This document shows, in pieces, positions 51,934 through 60,379 of a DNA stretch of 64,000 nt. Below the pieces are notes generated by a model. It was given only the letters and a program-made list of their open reading frames with translations. It was not told the origin of the DNA and did no database searches. Positions within the stretch are counted from its first letter, which is position 1; every line of letters starts with the position of its first letter. A program made the position numbers and the translations under genes. Source of the DNA: a virus; the IMG/VR virus record IMGVR_UViG_3300032214_000528, positions 1 through 64,000 of that record; one strand, 5' to 3'.

Positions 51934-52095
51934 TTACTTTACTTTACGCTCCCAACGGGTTCCTTCTTGGAGGATTCCGTCTTTGTCGCCATCTCTTGCA
52001 TTAGGGTTGTAGCCCTTTGCAATCTTGTCATCTTTAATTGCATAGTAAGAAATAAAGACAGCCATAGCTAAATAGACTGCTACTACTTCAATCAT
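51934..52095 (-). CDS. Membrane-anchored 53-aa protein with DGDxDG loop
   Basis: Manual read: MIEVVAVYLAMAVFISYYAIKDDKIAKGYNPNARDGDKDGILQEGTRWERKVK*. 4-nt overlap with the endolysin gene. Confidence 0.65.
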   Translation of the reverse strand: MIEVVAVYLAMAVFISYYAIKDDKIAKGYNPNARDGDKDGILQEGTRWERKVK

Positions 52096-52871
52096 TTGGT
52101 TAACGCTGCCCAAGTCTTAGGGCCAACTACGCCATTGGTTTCTTCAAGCTTGTTTGCCTTCTGGTACTCGATGACAGCCTTTTCAGTTGCTGGACCAAAA
52201 TCTCCATCAGCTTTTAACTTAAGAGCAATCTGCACCTTCTTGACATTAGAACCCTTAGATCCCTTTTTCAATGGAACAAATGCTGCTGGCTTCTTAGGTG
52301 CTGCAGGTTTTGATGTTGGAGCATCAGATGAACCAACCTTAGAAAGAAGTGGAAGGTTTTCTTCGCCAGCATAAACTGGACGACCCCAGCCAACGACTGC
52401 ATTCATAAGCTTTAGCTTGTTGTCCTTGACATATGCACGAGTCTTCTCGACACACATTCCGCCATTGCGCTGGTCTCCCTTTGCAGTTCCTGAAGTGTTG
52501 CCTTCGATAACTTGGATAGTTCCATTTCCGTTGTTCTTAATGCAAAGACCAACATGAGAAATACGATTGACACCATCATCTGGGAAATCAAAATAAATCC
52601 AGTCTCCTGCAGACGGGTCATCGTTACGAGCATCTGCCCAACGGTTTTCTTTCTTAAACTGATCTGATGCTGCAACTGTTGATGCTGACTTAGGGAACTT
52701 TGAAACCCCAGCTGTCATTGCACACCAAGAAACGAAAGACTGGCACCAAGGTTGGAAGTTTACCTTCATCCATGCGCCGTACTTTGTCTCGTTATCTTTT
52801 GGTCCTTCAATTGTTCCAAGTTCTTTTTTAGCAACCTCGATGATTGCCTCTACTGATCCTTTTACTGCCAT
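52092..52871 (-). CDS. Endolysin: CHAP domain plus peptidoglycan-binding domain
   Basis: PWCQSFVSW, SHVGL and IEGNT. C-terminal LKKGSKG..VKKVQ...DGDFGPATEKAV..YQ...GVVGPKTW. Confidence 0.9.
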   Translation of the reverse strand: MAVKGSVEAIIEVAKKELGTIEGPKDNETKYGAWMKVNFQPWCQSFVSWCAMTAGVSKFPKSASTVAASDQFKKENRWADARNDDPSAGDWIYFDFPDDGVNRISHVGLCIKNNGNGTIQVIEGNTSGTAKGDQRNGGMCVEKTRAYVKDNKLKLMNAVVGWGRPVYAGEENLPLLSKVGSSDAPTSKPAAPKKPAAFVPLKKGSKGSNVKKVQIALKLKADGDFGPATEKAVIEYQKANKLEETNGVVGPKTWAALTK

Positions 52872-52981
52872 TATTCGTCATCTCCTTCTAGATGTCTGTC
52901 TTCACAGTCTCGTGCCAGACTAGACACGACATAAAGTTTCTTGCACCAATCGCAACGCCATTGAGCAAGGTTGTCCTTCAT
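52871..52981 (-). CDS. Tiny CxxC protein (36 aa)
   Basis: Manual read: MKDNLAQWRCDWCKKLYVVSSLARDCEDRHLEGDDE*. Confidence 0.55.
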   Translation of the reverse strand: MKDNLAQWRCDWCKKLYVVSSLARDCEDRHLEGDDE

Positions 52982-52991
52982 TAAGACAATT

Positions 52992-53171
52992 CTAGCGTTT
53001 CCCTGCCCAGCCTGTTCCTTTGAAGATTGTTGGGTTAGCGGTAAAAACTCTAATCAAACTGCCTTTACAGCCTTCCTGAGCGCATGTAGAAGTGCTTGGG
53101 GCAGTTCCTATAGGAAACTCTAAGTCAGTCTCTTTTAGACAATTTTGGCACTTATATCCATATATAGCCAT
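52992..53171 (-). CDS. FmdB-like zinc-ribbon protein (59 aa)
   Basis: Manual read: MAIYGYKCQNC...CAQEGC...RVFTANPTIFKGTGWAGKR*. FKGxGW is typical of this family. Confidence 0.75.
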   Translation of the reverse strand: MAIYGYKCQNCLKETDLEFPIGTAPSTSTCAQEGCKGSLIRVFTANPTIFKGTGWAGKR

Positions 53172-53173
53172 AA

Positions 53174-53341
53174 CTACTTCTCTTCTTCTTCTTCTTCTTT
53201 AGATATACGATATGCAGTTCCTCCGCAAACGCCTCTACCCATTGTGCGGCGCTCACATGAGACGGTTTCAAAGCTTTTTAATGAATCGTCATAGTTATAA
53301 GAAACAATTTCATCGCAGAGAAAACATTTATATACGTACAA
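53174..53341 (-). CDS. Second zinc-ribbon-like protein (55 aa)
   Basis: Manual read from TTG: MYVYKCFLCDE...SCERR...VCGGTAYRISKEEEEEEK*. Confidence 0.45.
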   Translation of the reverse strand: MYVYKCFLCDEIVSYNYDDSLKSFETVSCERRTMGRGVCGGTAYRISKEEEEEEK

Positions 53342-53630
53342 CGTCATAAGTAATTCCTAATCTTTTTGCAAGTTCGTGTCTTCTTTCTTCGTTCATACCT
53401 CCCCAAACGCCATAGACTTCTGGAACTTTAAGAGCGTGGTCGAGACATGCTTGCTTTACAGGACATGTATTGCAAATTGCAATAGCACTTTGTTCCCTAT
53501 TTCTTTTAGTTTTGCCACGCATGTTTTCTTCAAGAAAGAAGCTATCTGTATCAACTCCATTGCAAGCTCCCTGATACTGCCACTCCCATTGGTCGTGAAC
53601 AGGTTTTAGAGCTTTGCTAACTACTGTCAT
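53328..53630 (-). CDS. whiB: WhiB-family Fe-S transcription regulator
   Basis: WQYQGAC...FF...AIC..CPV..AC...GVWGGMNEEER; four Cys. Confidence 0.92.
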   Translation of the reverse strand: MTVVSKALKPVHDQWEWQYQGACNGVDTDSFFLEENMRGKTKRNREQSAIAICNTCPVKQACLDHALKVPEVYGVWGGMNEERRHELAKRLGITYDVVRI

Positions 53631-53928
53631 TGTGCTCTCTTTCTAAAACCTCTAGGTGGTCTCTAACTAAGCCAATCGGTACAACAGGTTTTCCAACTAT
53701 CCCATGTTTACGTCTGTAGGCATCTCTTTCATTGAAAGTAGTTCCAGCCCATACTCCGTAAACTAAGTTATCTCTTGCATGTTCAAAACATTCATCTAAT
53801 GCTGGACAACTACTACACATTCGCTTAATGTGATTTAGATTCGTGTAATTAGCATTACCTGAATCATCTTCAACAAAAAACAAATTTATATCTAGTCCTA
53901 GACAAGATGGTGTGTTTTTAAAATGCAT
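53617..53928 (-). CDS. whiB: Second WhiB-family regulator
   Basis: PSC...LFF...MC..CP...EC...GVWAGTTFNER; four Cys. Confidence 0.88.
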   Translation of the reverse strand: MHFKNTPSCLGLDINLFFVEDDSGNANYTNLNHIKRMCSSCPALDECFEHARDNLVYGVWAGTTFNERDAYRRKHGIVGKPVVPIGLVRDHLEVLEREHNDSS

Positions 53929-53963
53929 AAGCTCCTATTAAGTTTTGGTTGAACAAATAACCT

Positions 53964-56009
53964 TTACTGGTTATTTGCGATTAGTTTAACCTCACAAGCG
54001 TCGGTTGTGCAATAAGCCTCGCCGATAGCATCGGCTGCCATTCCTGCATAAACTCCTGAGAAATCAATTGGGAAGAGTTTCATAACACCTTCTTCATTAT
54101 ATTCTTCCTGAGTTATTTGCGTGTAAGGCATTTGAGGATAAGTAAAGTTTCCTGAAGGTAGGAATGAAACAGTCTTTAGCTGACCATCATACATATGCAA
54201 TACAGTTCCAACATGTTCCTTCTCTGTTTCTGGATCAAATGAAATAGTTACAGATACAGAGTTATCTGACCAGTAGCGCTGTGCAGTTGCTGCAAGTGCC
54301 ATCTTCTCGAAGATAGTTACATCTTTCTCTGCACGCTCTGCCATTGACTCGATTGGAAAGAAAACAACTGAAGTTGTGTCAGGTGATTCTGATGCTGGTT
54401 CAACTCTGTAGTTTGCCATCTTGAAAAGTGGAAGCATTGGATCTGAATTAGCAAAACGAATTGCACGATTGAAATACTTTCCACCCGGAGTCCAGTGAAC
54501 TCCTGGAGACTCTCCAGCTAAGATTGAGACTGTGCCTGATGGCTTAACGGTTGTGGTCTTGATTGACTCACGAATACCAAGCCACTCTGAATAGGTCACG
54601 TCATAATTCTTAACTACGGTGTAGCCTTGGTCCATCCAGTCTTTAAGAACTGGCAATCCAATTCGATCTGCAAAGTTAGCAACTCCAGATATTGACGTGC
54701 CAATTCTGCGATTTCTTTGCATGATCGCATTGGTCTCTTCCCAGTGTGTTGGTAGAAGAGTGACAGTCTTAGCGTAGAGATATGCAAACTTAAGTGTGCG
54801 CTTGAAATCTTCCAAGTCATCGTGACGATTTAAATATGTTTCAACAAGAGTACACATTTCATATGACTCGAGTGATTGCTCAGCACAAGGGTTATAACCC
54901 ATGATGCGATGATCCTTATTGTTAATTGGATCTGCTAAGCGACCATACTTGCGTGATAGGTCAAGCCAAACAACTCCTGGTTCTCCGTTGAGTGCAATGC
55001 CTTCAACAATTCCTGATAAATCTTGTCCAACCTCAGCTGCGATGGAGTTGTTAGACATCCAAGCCCAGCCGGGATTCTCTGGGTCGTATGAGTTACGATC
55101 TGGAAATACTTCTGGATTTTTAAGGTTTAAGAATGTTTCGTCTCCTAGTCTTCCGATAAGGAGTTCAGCAGAGCGGCGCACATTGCCAGAAACAACGCAA
55201 ACGCCAATGAGATTACCAATATCGGCGATATCAGTACGAGTGACTTTTTCATTTTCACGATTGATAAATAGCTTTCTAATGTAGTTGTGAAGTTTAATAA
55301 GTGGGTCTGGACCTGCTGCAGTTCCACCAAAGATTTTAATTGGTGCACCAGCTGGACGAACTTCAGAGTAGTCATATTCAAATGTTGGCTGATCTGGCTT
55401 CAAGAATGAATTAATAAGTTGTGCAGTTGTGTTAACCCAACCTTCACGAGAGTCTTCTACAACTACTGTAACTACTTCATCCTTTGGCTTATAGATGGTG
55501 AAATCTTTATCAGCACCTAAGTCATCAAAGCCAACGCCAACACCAAGCATTGATGCTTCCATAAGGAATGCAAATGGCTTTGCTGGATCGTTCTTTGTCA
55601 TCTCTCGTGTTGAAACGAAAGCACAGTTTTGTAATGCTGCTGAGTTCTTTTGCTCGTTAACGAGCGGTGTACCCATTACCCAGAGTCCACGTCCCGGTGG
55701 AGTCCACTTCAAGTTGAAGAGACGGTCAAATGCTTCTTTTGCTGATGCTGCTGCACGAGTGTCAGACCAAGGAAGTCGTGAAGTTTTGCAGTGATCTTTT
55801 TGAATTGAATACATGCCATTGATTACTCGCTCGCAAACTTCAAGCCAAGTCTCTTTAGTTCCGTCTTCTTTCTTACGAGAATAAGTACGAAGAAAAGTAA
55901 TTTCACCTACTGAGTTGCCACCTGCATCTCTATATCCGAAAGGAGCCTTCTTATCCTTATAGGTTGCTAGAAAATCTTCGGATAACTTAAAAGAGAAAAC
56001 AAATGACAT
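53964..56009 (-). CDS. nrdJ: Class II (adenosylcobalamin-dependent) ribonucleotide reductase, monomeric type
   Basis: RTYSR, PPGRGLW, LQNCA, GNVRRSA, NPCAEQ, CTLVE and TVKPSGT. No partner beta subunit nearby. Confidence 0.93.
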   Translation of the reverse strand: MSFVFSFKLSEDFLATYKDKKAPFGYRDAGGNSVGEITFLRTYSRKKEDGTKETWLEVCERVINGMYSIQKDHCKTSRLPWSDTRAAASAKEAFDRLFNLKWTPPGRGLWVMGTPLVNEQKNSAALQNCAFVSTREMTKNDPAKPFAFLMEASMLGVGVGFDDLGADKDFTIYKPKDEVVTVVVEDSREGWVNTTAQLINSFLKPDQPTFEYDYSEVRPAGAPIKIFGGTAAGPDPLIKLHNYIRKLFINRENEKVTRTDIADIGNLIGVCVVSGNVRRSAELLIGRLGDETFLNLKNPEVFPDRNSYDPENPGWAWMSNNSIAAEVGQDLSGIVEGIALNGEPGVVWLDLSRKYGRLADPINNKDHRIMGYNPCAEQSLESYEMCTLVETYLNRHDDLEDFKRTLKFAYLYAKTVTLLPTHWEETNAIMQRNRRIGTSISGVANFADRIGLPVLKDWMDQGYTVVKNYDVTYSEWLGIRESIKTTTVKPSGTVSILAGESPGVHWTPGGKYFNRAIRFANSDPMLPLFKMANYRVEPASESPDTTSVVFFPIESMAERAEKDVTIFEKMALAATAQRYWSDNSVSVTISFDPETEKEHVGTVLHMYDGQLKTVSFLPSGNFTYPQMPYTQITQEEYNEEGVMKLFPIDFSGVYAGMAADAIGEAYCTTDACEVKLIANNQ

Positions 56010-56094
56010 TAACGTGCTCCGTTTCGATAAAAGGGGTTACAAATAAAGGTAAATAAAAGTACTGGATTACCCTAGGGGATTAAGTCTATCTTGT

Positions 56095-56319
56095 CTAGAA
56101 AAGCTCGTCTTGAAGTCTTTTGTCCACTTTATGAGATGTGATATCTAAAGTAAGCGCCTGAGCGCATTGCAAACCTGCAATAAACTCTTCTGGAAGTGCT
56201 TTGGATTTGCTTTCTTCAATTACATCTTGTATAGCAATATAAATCTTATGACGGATAGTGGATTCAATTTCTGTTTTATGTTGCTCGTAGTTACTCCAAT
56301 AAACTGCAACTTCAGACAT
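56095..56319 (-). CDS. Hypothetical protein
   Basis: ATG with a GGAGA RBS. Confidence 0.55.
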   Translation of the reverse strand: MSEVAVYWSNYEQHKTEIESTIRHKIYIAIQDVIEESKSKALPEEFIAGLQCAQALTLDITSHKVDKRLQDELF

Positions 56320-56327
56320 TGTCTCTC

Positions 56328-56555
56328 CTATATTAGATCAGTGGTCGGATGTAATCCATCTCCATCAAATAGTACGTCGAGTTCTTCAAGATGACAACTG
56401 TGAACTTCAACTAGAAGGTCATCTTCATCGCACTCGCCGCAAGCGATATATGAAACTGTGTAGCCAAGCTTTTCTAATGTATCGAAAGCTTCGTCTATAT
56501 CTTTAGCGGACATGCTGACCGGGGCAACCCTGAGTCGGGCAACGTGGGTTTCCAT
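56328..56555 (-). CDS. Hypothetical protein (CxxC)
   Basis: Start set at ATG 56555 (METHV) to avoid overlap with 56627..56824. Confidence 0.5.
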   Translation of the reverse strand: METHVARLRVAPVSMSAKDIDEAFDTLEKLGYTVSYIACGECDEDDLLVEVHSCHLEELDVLFDGDGLHPTTDLI

Positions 56556-56626
56556 TATTGCCTTGAGTCTCTGTTCGCTTTTGCTTACAGAATTTACATG
56601 TGTCTTGACTAGATAAAGGAAGCTTG

Positions 56627-56824
56627 TCAGCCATTGAGTTCTCCACTCACTAGGAAACTGGAAGGGAAACTTTGAGCATACCCTGCCAAACAATCTGTTG
56701 AATGAAAGTATCTCACCTTTTGAAGAGCCCTAGGCCAAGTAAGGACTATCGCATTGGATGGGTCAAAGCTTGTGTGAGAAGGGCAGTCGTCCCAACTACA
56801 TTCAACTAGTTGATTTCGGCCCAT
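56627..56824 (-). CDS. Small Cys/His protein
   Basis: Leaderless TAAAAT-N6-ATG. ECSWDDC...YFHSTDC. Confidence 0.6.
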   Translation of the reverse strand: MGRNQLVECSWDDCPSHTSFDPSNAIVLTWPRALQKVRYFHSTDCLAGYAQSFPSSFLVSGELNG

Positions 56825-56860
56825 GTGGTAATTTTATCTTCTTACTATAAAGTATGCACT

Positions 56861-57520
56861 ATGAGCGTACAACACTATGACGTGGCGATAGCCACCCCCG
56901 GACATTCCATGAAAGCTGAGTATGTCAGGGCTTTGGTGAAAACCTGTGCCAGATTGGATAGTGAGGGGATCTCCTATATCTGGCTAAATAAGTATTCATC
57001 CTTTGTTCCAAGTGCTCGAGAACTGACCGCTACAGACACCTACAGCCATAACTGGGAAACTCGGGTTATTGGTTCCGGGAACTTTACCTGCAGCAAGATC
57101 TTCTGGATTGATTCAGATATCGAGTGGGAGGTGGGTGATTTCCTGAAGCTGCTTGAGTCACCCCTAGATATTATTTCCGGGCTCTACCAGACGCATCCGA
57201 ATGGGACGGTTGCCGTAAATAAGCCTGACTTTCTGGGAAGACCCCTAAAGGTCAATAAAGATGAGTTTATGCTAGATGATGAGCCAGTTGAGGTAGGTGG
57301 GGTTGGGTTTGGGTTTGTGGCGATGAAGGCTGAGGTTCTGGAGAATATGAAGAGACCTTGGTTCCTGATTGATAGGGTTCGCTGGGACGATATGCCTTTT
57401 GACACTAATGTGGGTGAGGACTATTCTTTCTGCAACAATGCCAAGAAAGCTGGGTTCAAAATCTGGGTTGATCCTTTGGTGAGAGTGCTTCATCATAAGG
57501 AAACTGTCTACCAAGTTTGA
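56861..57520 (+). CDS. GT-A fold glycosyltransferase
   Basis: VAIATP, FWIDSDIEW (DxD), GVGFGFVAMK, PWF, and GEDYSFC...G..IWVDP...H. Leaderless ATG 56861. Confidence 0.8.
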   Translation: MSVQHYDVAIATPGHSMKAEYVRALVKTCARLDSEGISYIWLNKYSSFVPSARELTATDTYSHNWETRVIGSGNFTCSKIFWIDSDIEWEVGDFLKLLESPLDIISGLYQTHPNGTVAVNKPDFLGRPLKVNKDEFMLDDEPVEVGGVGFGFVAMKAEVLENMKRPWFLIDRVRWDDMPFDTNVGEDYSFCNNAKKAGFKIWVDPLVRVLHHKETVYQV

Positions 57521-57870
57521 CAGTATATAAATACATACTATACACTATAACGGTATAACAGACTATACTTTGAGTAAGGTCTTTTGATCTCTACTTTTCT
57601 ATGATACTATTGTTGCAGGAAGGTTGTAAAGTGAAAAGATACTATTGTGGAAAAAGTATTTTGGATTGGTTTTCTTCAATAGTGACACTATACAAGTATA
57701 CAGTATAGTATATATACTGTACTATAAATATTACTACATCATGTGTACACGCGTAGAGCTAAGGTGAAACATAGTCTTATATACCGTTATACTTTATAGT
57801 GTATAGTACAAGCTTAAATAAATAGATCTTGACTATAAAGTATAAGAGGGTATAGACTCTAGAATGAAAG
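57521..57870. other. AT-rich intergenic region with long imperfect inverted repeat (candidate replication origin or regulatory hub)
   Basis: Arms 57536-57566 and 57771-57808 share TACTATACACTATAA (inverted). Central palindrome TACAGTATA-N5-TATACTGTA. Many ACTATA/TATAGT hexamers. Confidence 0.5.
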
Positions 57871-57880
57871 CGAGGTTTCA

Positions 57881-58072
57881 ATGACGAAAGACGAAGAGAT
57901 TGCTAAGCGACTGACTCGAGTTGAGTTAGAGATCAAGCGAATGCAAAAGGATGTAAAAGATTTAACGGCTGAAAGTAAGAAGCTACGAACAGATGTGTAT
58001 GAGTTTGTTGGGGTCTTCAAAACTTTCTTAGAGCTAGTAAAGGAGACAGAAGATGACATTAACACCAAGTGA
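57881..58072 (+). CDS. Coiled-coil hypothetical protein
   Basis: GAGG RBS and a heptad pattern. Confidence 0.6.
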   Translation: MTKDEEIAKRLTRVELEIKRMQKDVKDLTAESKKLRTDVYEFVGVFKTFLELVKETEDDINTK

Positions 58073-58274
58073 CTTGATTGTGCTGGGTTCTATTGTAGGA
58101 GCCACCACTTCACTAACCACTCTTGTAACTCTTATTTTCTTTAGAGCATTGGAACGCAGAAGGAAGATGAGATTGATGGAAGAGTTTCTTATGCACATGC
58201 ATGACAAGATGGAGACTGACGAGAAGTTCGTTTCTATTATAAATCAACTTAAGCAGGAAGGTGAAGACCTGTGA
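58053..58274 (+). CDS. Small membrane-anchored protein
   Basis: One hydrophobic helix followed by a charged tail. Confidence 0.6.
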   Translation: MTLTPSDLIVLGSIVGATTSLTTLVTLIFFRALERRRKMRLMEEFLMHMHDKMETDEKFVSIINQLKQEGEDL

Positions 58275-58798
58275 CAGATGCAAAAGAGTTCTTTAATAAA
58301 CTAGGTGTCTCTATTGAGGACGTCGACAGTAAGGAAGATAGACAGAGGCGTAGAGGTCCGACAGATAGAAGAATTTGTATCTGTGGTCACGGAACTAATA
58401 AACACAAAAACCCCGAGATAGCAGACGAGACACGAAATCGCTATGTTGATGGTGTTGTAGCCGAGCGTACATATGCATGCAACCCCAATGCCCGAGTTGA
58501 GTGTCCATGTAGGCTGCCTCAACCTGTAATTGTTGTAAGCGACTCCCGATGGTTCCTTAGGAAAACTCAAGGTGGCGGACACCTTCATGCACTCGTTCGA
58601 GGTATGAGAAGTCTTCTAGAAATTGAAGGAGCCACGATTGACTGGCTAATTGAACCAACCTGCGCTAAATGCAATGAGTCAGGTTCAGATAAGAACATTC
58701 TTCCAGTACCATTAACTAAAGCTGGAAGACTAACCCACGATGGTCTGTCAGAAGGATACGACCGCCTTCTCTGTGAAGAATGTAGAAAGGAAGTTTAA
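58271..58798 (+). CDS. Cys/His-rich Zn-binding protein
   Basis: CICGH..H...C...CPC...CAKC...LCEEC. Confidence 0.65.
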   Translation: MTDAKEFFNKLGVSIEDVDSKEDRQRRRGPTDRRICICGHGTNKHKNPEIADETRNRYVDGVVAERTYACNPNARVECPCRLPQPVIVVSDSRWFLRKTQGGGHLHALVRGMRSLLEIEGATIDWLIEPTCAKCNESGSDKNILPVPLTKAGRLTHDGLSEGYDRLLCEECRKEV

Positions 58799-59130
58799 TG
58801 AGCCTAGAAGACGATATTGCAAACCCAATGATAGAGACAATCAACTCTATGATTGCTAACGAGCAGATCAATGTCGATCATGCTTCTGTTTTAATGACAA
58901 TTCTTAAATACTCTATCGATGAAGCAAGGTTTAATCTTAGAGCGCAGATAGACGACAAGATCCATTTATGGGAGTCAATGTATGGTGAGAGAGATAAGAC
59001 GCTTTATGCTCTTGGTTTACGCCATGCTTTAGATATGATAAATGGTGAAGTAGCAACAGATAAGAACGGCTTTAATGATAAGCCTTATGAAGAAGGCCAA
59101 GAGTTTATTATAGATGCAGAGGAAGTGTAA
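58798..59130 (+). CDS. Hypothetical protein
   Basis: 1-nt stop/start coupling with the upstream gene. Confidence 0.6.
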   Translation: MSLEDDIANPMIETINSMIANEQINVDHASVLMTILKYSIDEARFNLRAQIDDKIHLWESMYGERDKTLYALGLRHALDMINGEVATDKNGFNDKPYEEGQEFIIDAEEV

Positions 59131-59367
59131 ATGGAGTATTGGTCTTATCTGCTGGCAATTATAGGAGTGTCAGGAATCTTTCTAGTTGGCAGAAAGACCA
59201 TCTGGGGTTGGCTAATCCTTTGCGTTAATGAATGTATTTGGATTGCCTATGCTTTGGCAACTAAGCAATATGGTTTTATCATAATGGCAGTTGCATACGC
59301 AAGTGTGTATGTGAAGTCTTATATTGGTTGGAGACGAGATGAAGTTCAGGTTCAGCAAAACAGCTGA
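59131..59367 (+). CDS. Small 3-TM membrane protein (PnuC-like half-transporter type)
   Basis: WSYLLAIIGVSG...WGWLI...WIAYA...QYGFI. Confidence 0.6.
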   Translation: MEYWSYLLAIIGVSGIFLVGRKTIWGWLILCVNECIWIAYALATKQYGFIIMAVAYASVYVKSYIGWRRDEVQVQQNS

Positions 59368-59469
59368 GGAACTTAGACGACTAATGGATCTGAGAAGGTC
59401 TTCTGCAACCACCCCTACCAAAAATAAAAAGAAATACAATAGAAAAATTAAACACCCAAAAAGGGATAT

Positions 59470-59541
59470 GCCTTCGTAACTCAGAGGAAGAGTATTCGGT
59501 TTCTACCCGACTTGCCGCAGGTTCGAATCCTGCCGAGGGCA
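59470..59541 (+). tRNA. tRNA-Arg(UCU)
   Basis: Acceptor GCCTTCG/CGAGGGC, D stem ACTC/GAGT, anticodon loop TT-TCT-AC, T arm GCAGG-TTCGAAT-CCTGC. No encoded CCA. Confidence 0.9.
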
Positions 59542-59774
59542 CTTTCAAAAGCACTTTTATAGCATACTTTTATACTTCTTTCGTACAAAGACTTCTATAA
59601 TAAAACATCATTTAATGCCCTAATCCCTGCGTAGTTCTTTACGCTCAGAACATATGTTGTTTATGAAAGGGTAAAACAGCCTGTATCTCGTTGCACGGGC
59701 GCAAAAATCTTTTTACCCCTAACCGTGCTATTGTTCATGTGTCAAGTACCCTGCTTGACGATATGGAGTAATAG

Positions 59775-60068
59775 ATGAATAAAGCAATGATCGACTCCTA
59801 CTTACGAAACTTACTTGGTCAAGTCATTGGTGCAATTACCATTGTCAGCCAGACAAGCGGAGTAGGCAGTCCAACTGACTTCGGTTCAAGCGAATGGCTT
59901 CTAGTAGCCAATGCTCTCTGGGCATCCCTAGTTCCAGTTGTAATTAGGTACGCAAAGAAAAGTGACCCAGCCTTCGGTCTGATCGCTGAAACAGCGACGG
60001 CGGAAGTAACAAAGAAGATTTCCACAGCTGCGGCCGCAAAGAAGAAAGCCCCAGCAAAAAAGAAGTAG
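59775..60068 (+). CDS. Holin-like membrane protein
   Basis: Two hydrophobic segments and a Lys-rich C-terminus (AAAKKKAPAKKK). Confidence 0.55.
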   Translation: MNKAMIDSYLRNLLGQVIGAITIVSQTSGVGSPTDFGSSEWLLVANALWASLVPVVIRYAKKSDPAFGLIAETATAEVTKKISTAAAAKKKAPAKKK

Positions 60069-60084
60069 GGGTAAAAACGTCAGC

Positions 60085-60108
60085 CCCCTGGGGGTAAAAC
60101 CTCAGGGG
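60085..60108 (+). terminator. GC-rich hairpin after the holin-like gene
   Basis: CCCCTGGGG-N6-CCTCAGGGG, a 9-bp stem with no U tract. Confidence 0.45.
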
Positions 60109-60142
60109 TCTGTAAACCACATCTATCATAGAAAGGCACAAA

Positions 60143-60373
60143 ATGGAAGAACTAAATATCCCAGACACCTGCATCACAAATGAGCAAAAGGTTTTCTGGT
60201 TGAAGGAATTGATTGCAAACAACAAGTATGCAAACGAAGAACAGCGTCAACAGATTCAAGTCCTCTTGGCAACTTACTCTGTGGGTGGACGTCTACTTGT
60301 AGACGGACAACTTCCAGAGCACCCAGATCAAATCATCCCTCAAGAAGACGCAACTCCTAGAACATCAGAGTAA
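60143..60373 (+). CDS. Hypothetical protein
   Basis: GAAAGG RBS. Confidence 0.6.
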   Translation: MEELNIPDTCITNEQKVFWLKELIANNKYANEEQRQQIQVLLATYSVGGRLLVDGQLPEHPDQIIPQEDATPRTSE

Positions 60374-60379
60374 CTATAG

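Noticed and set aside
53964-56009. Intein or intron in RNR, terminase or helicase
   Set aside because: Lengths are typical, reading frames are continuous, and there are no splicing motifs.
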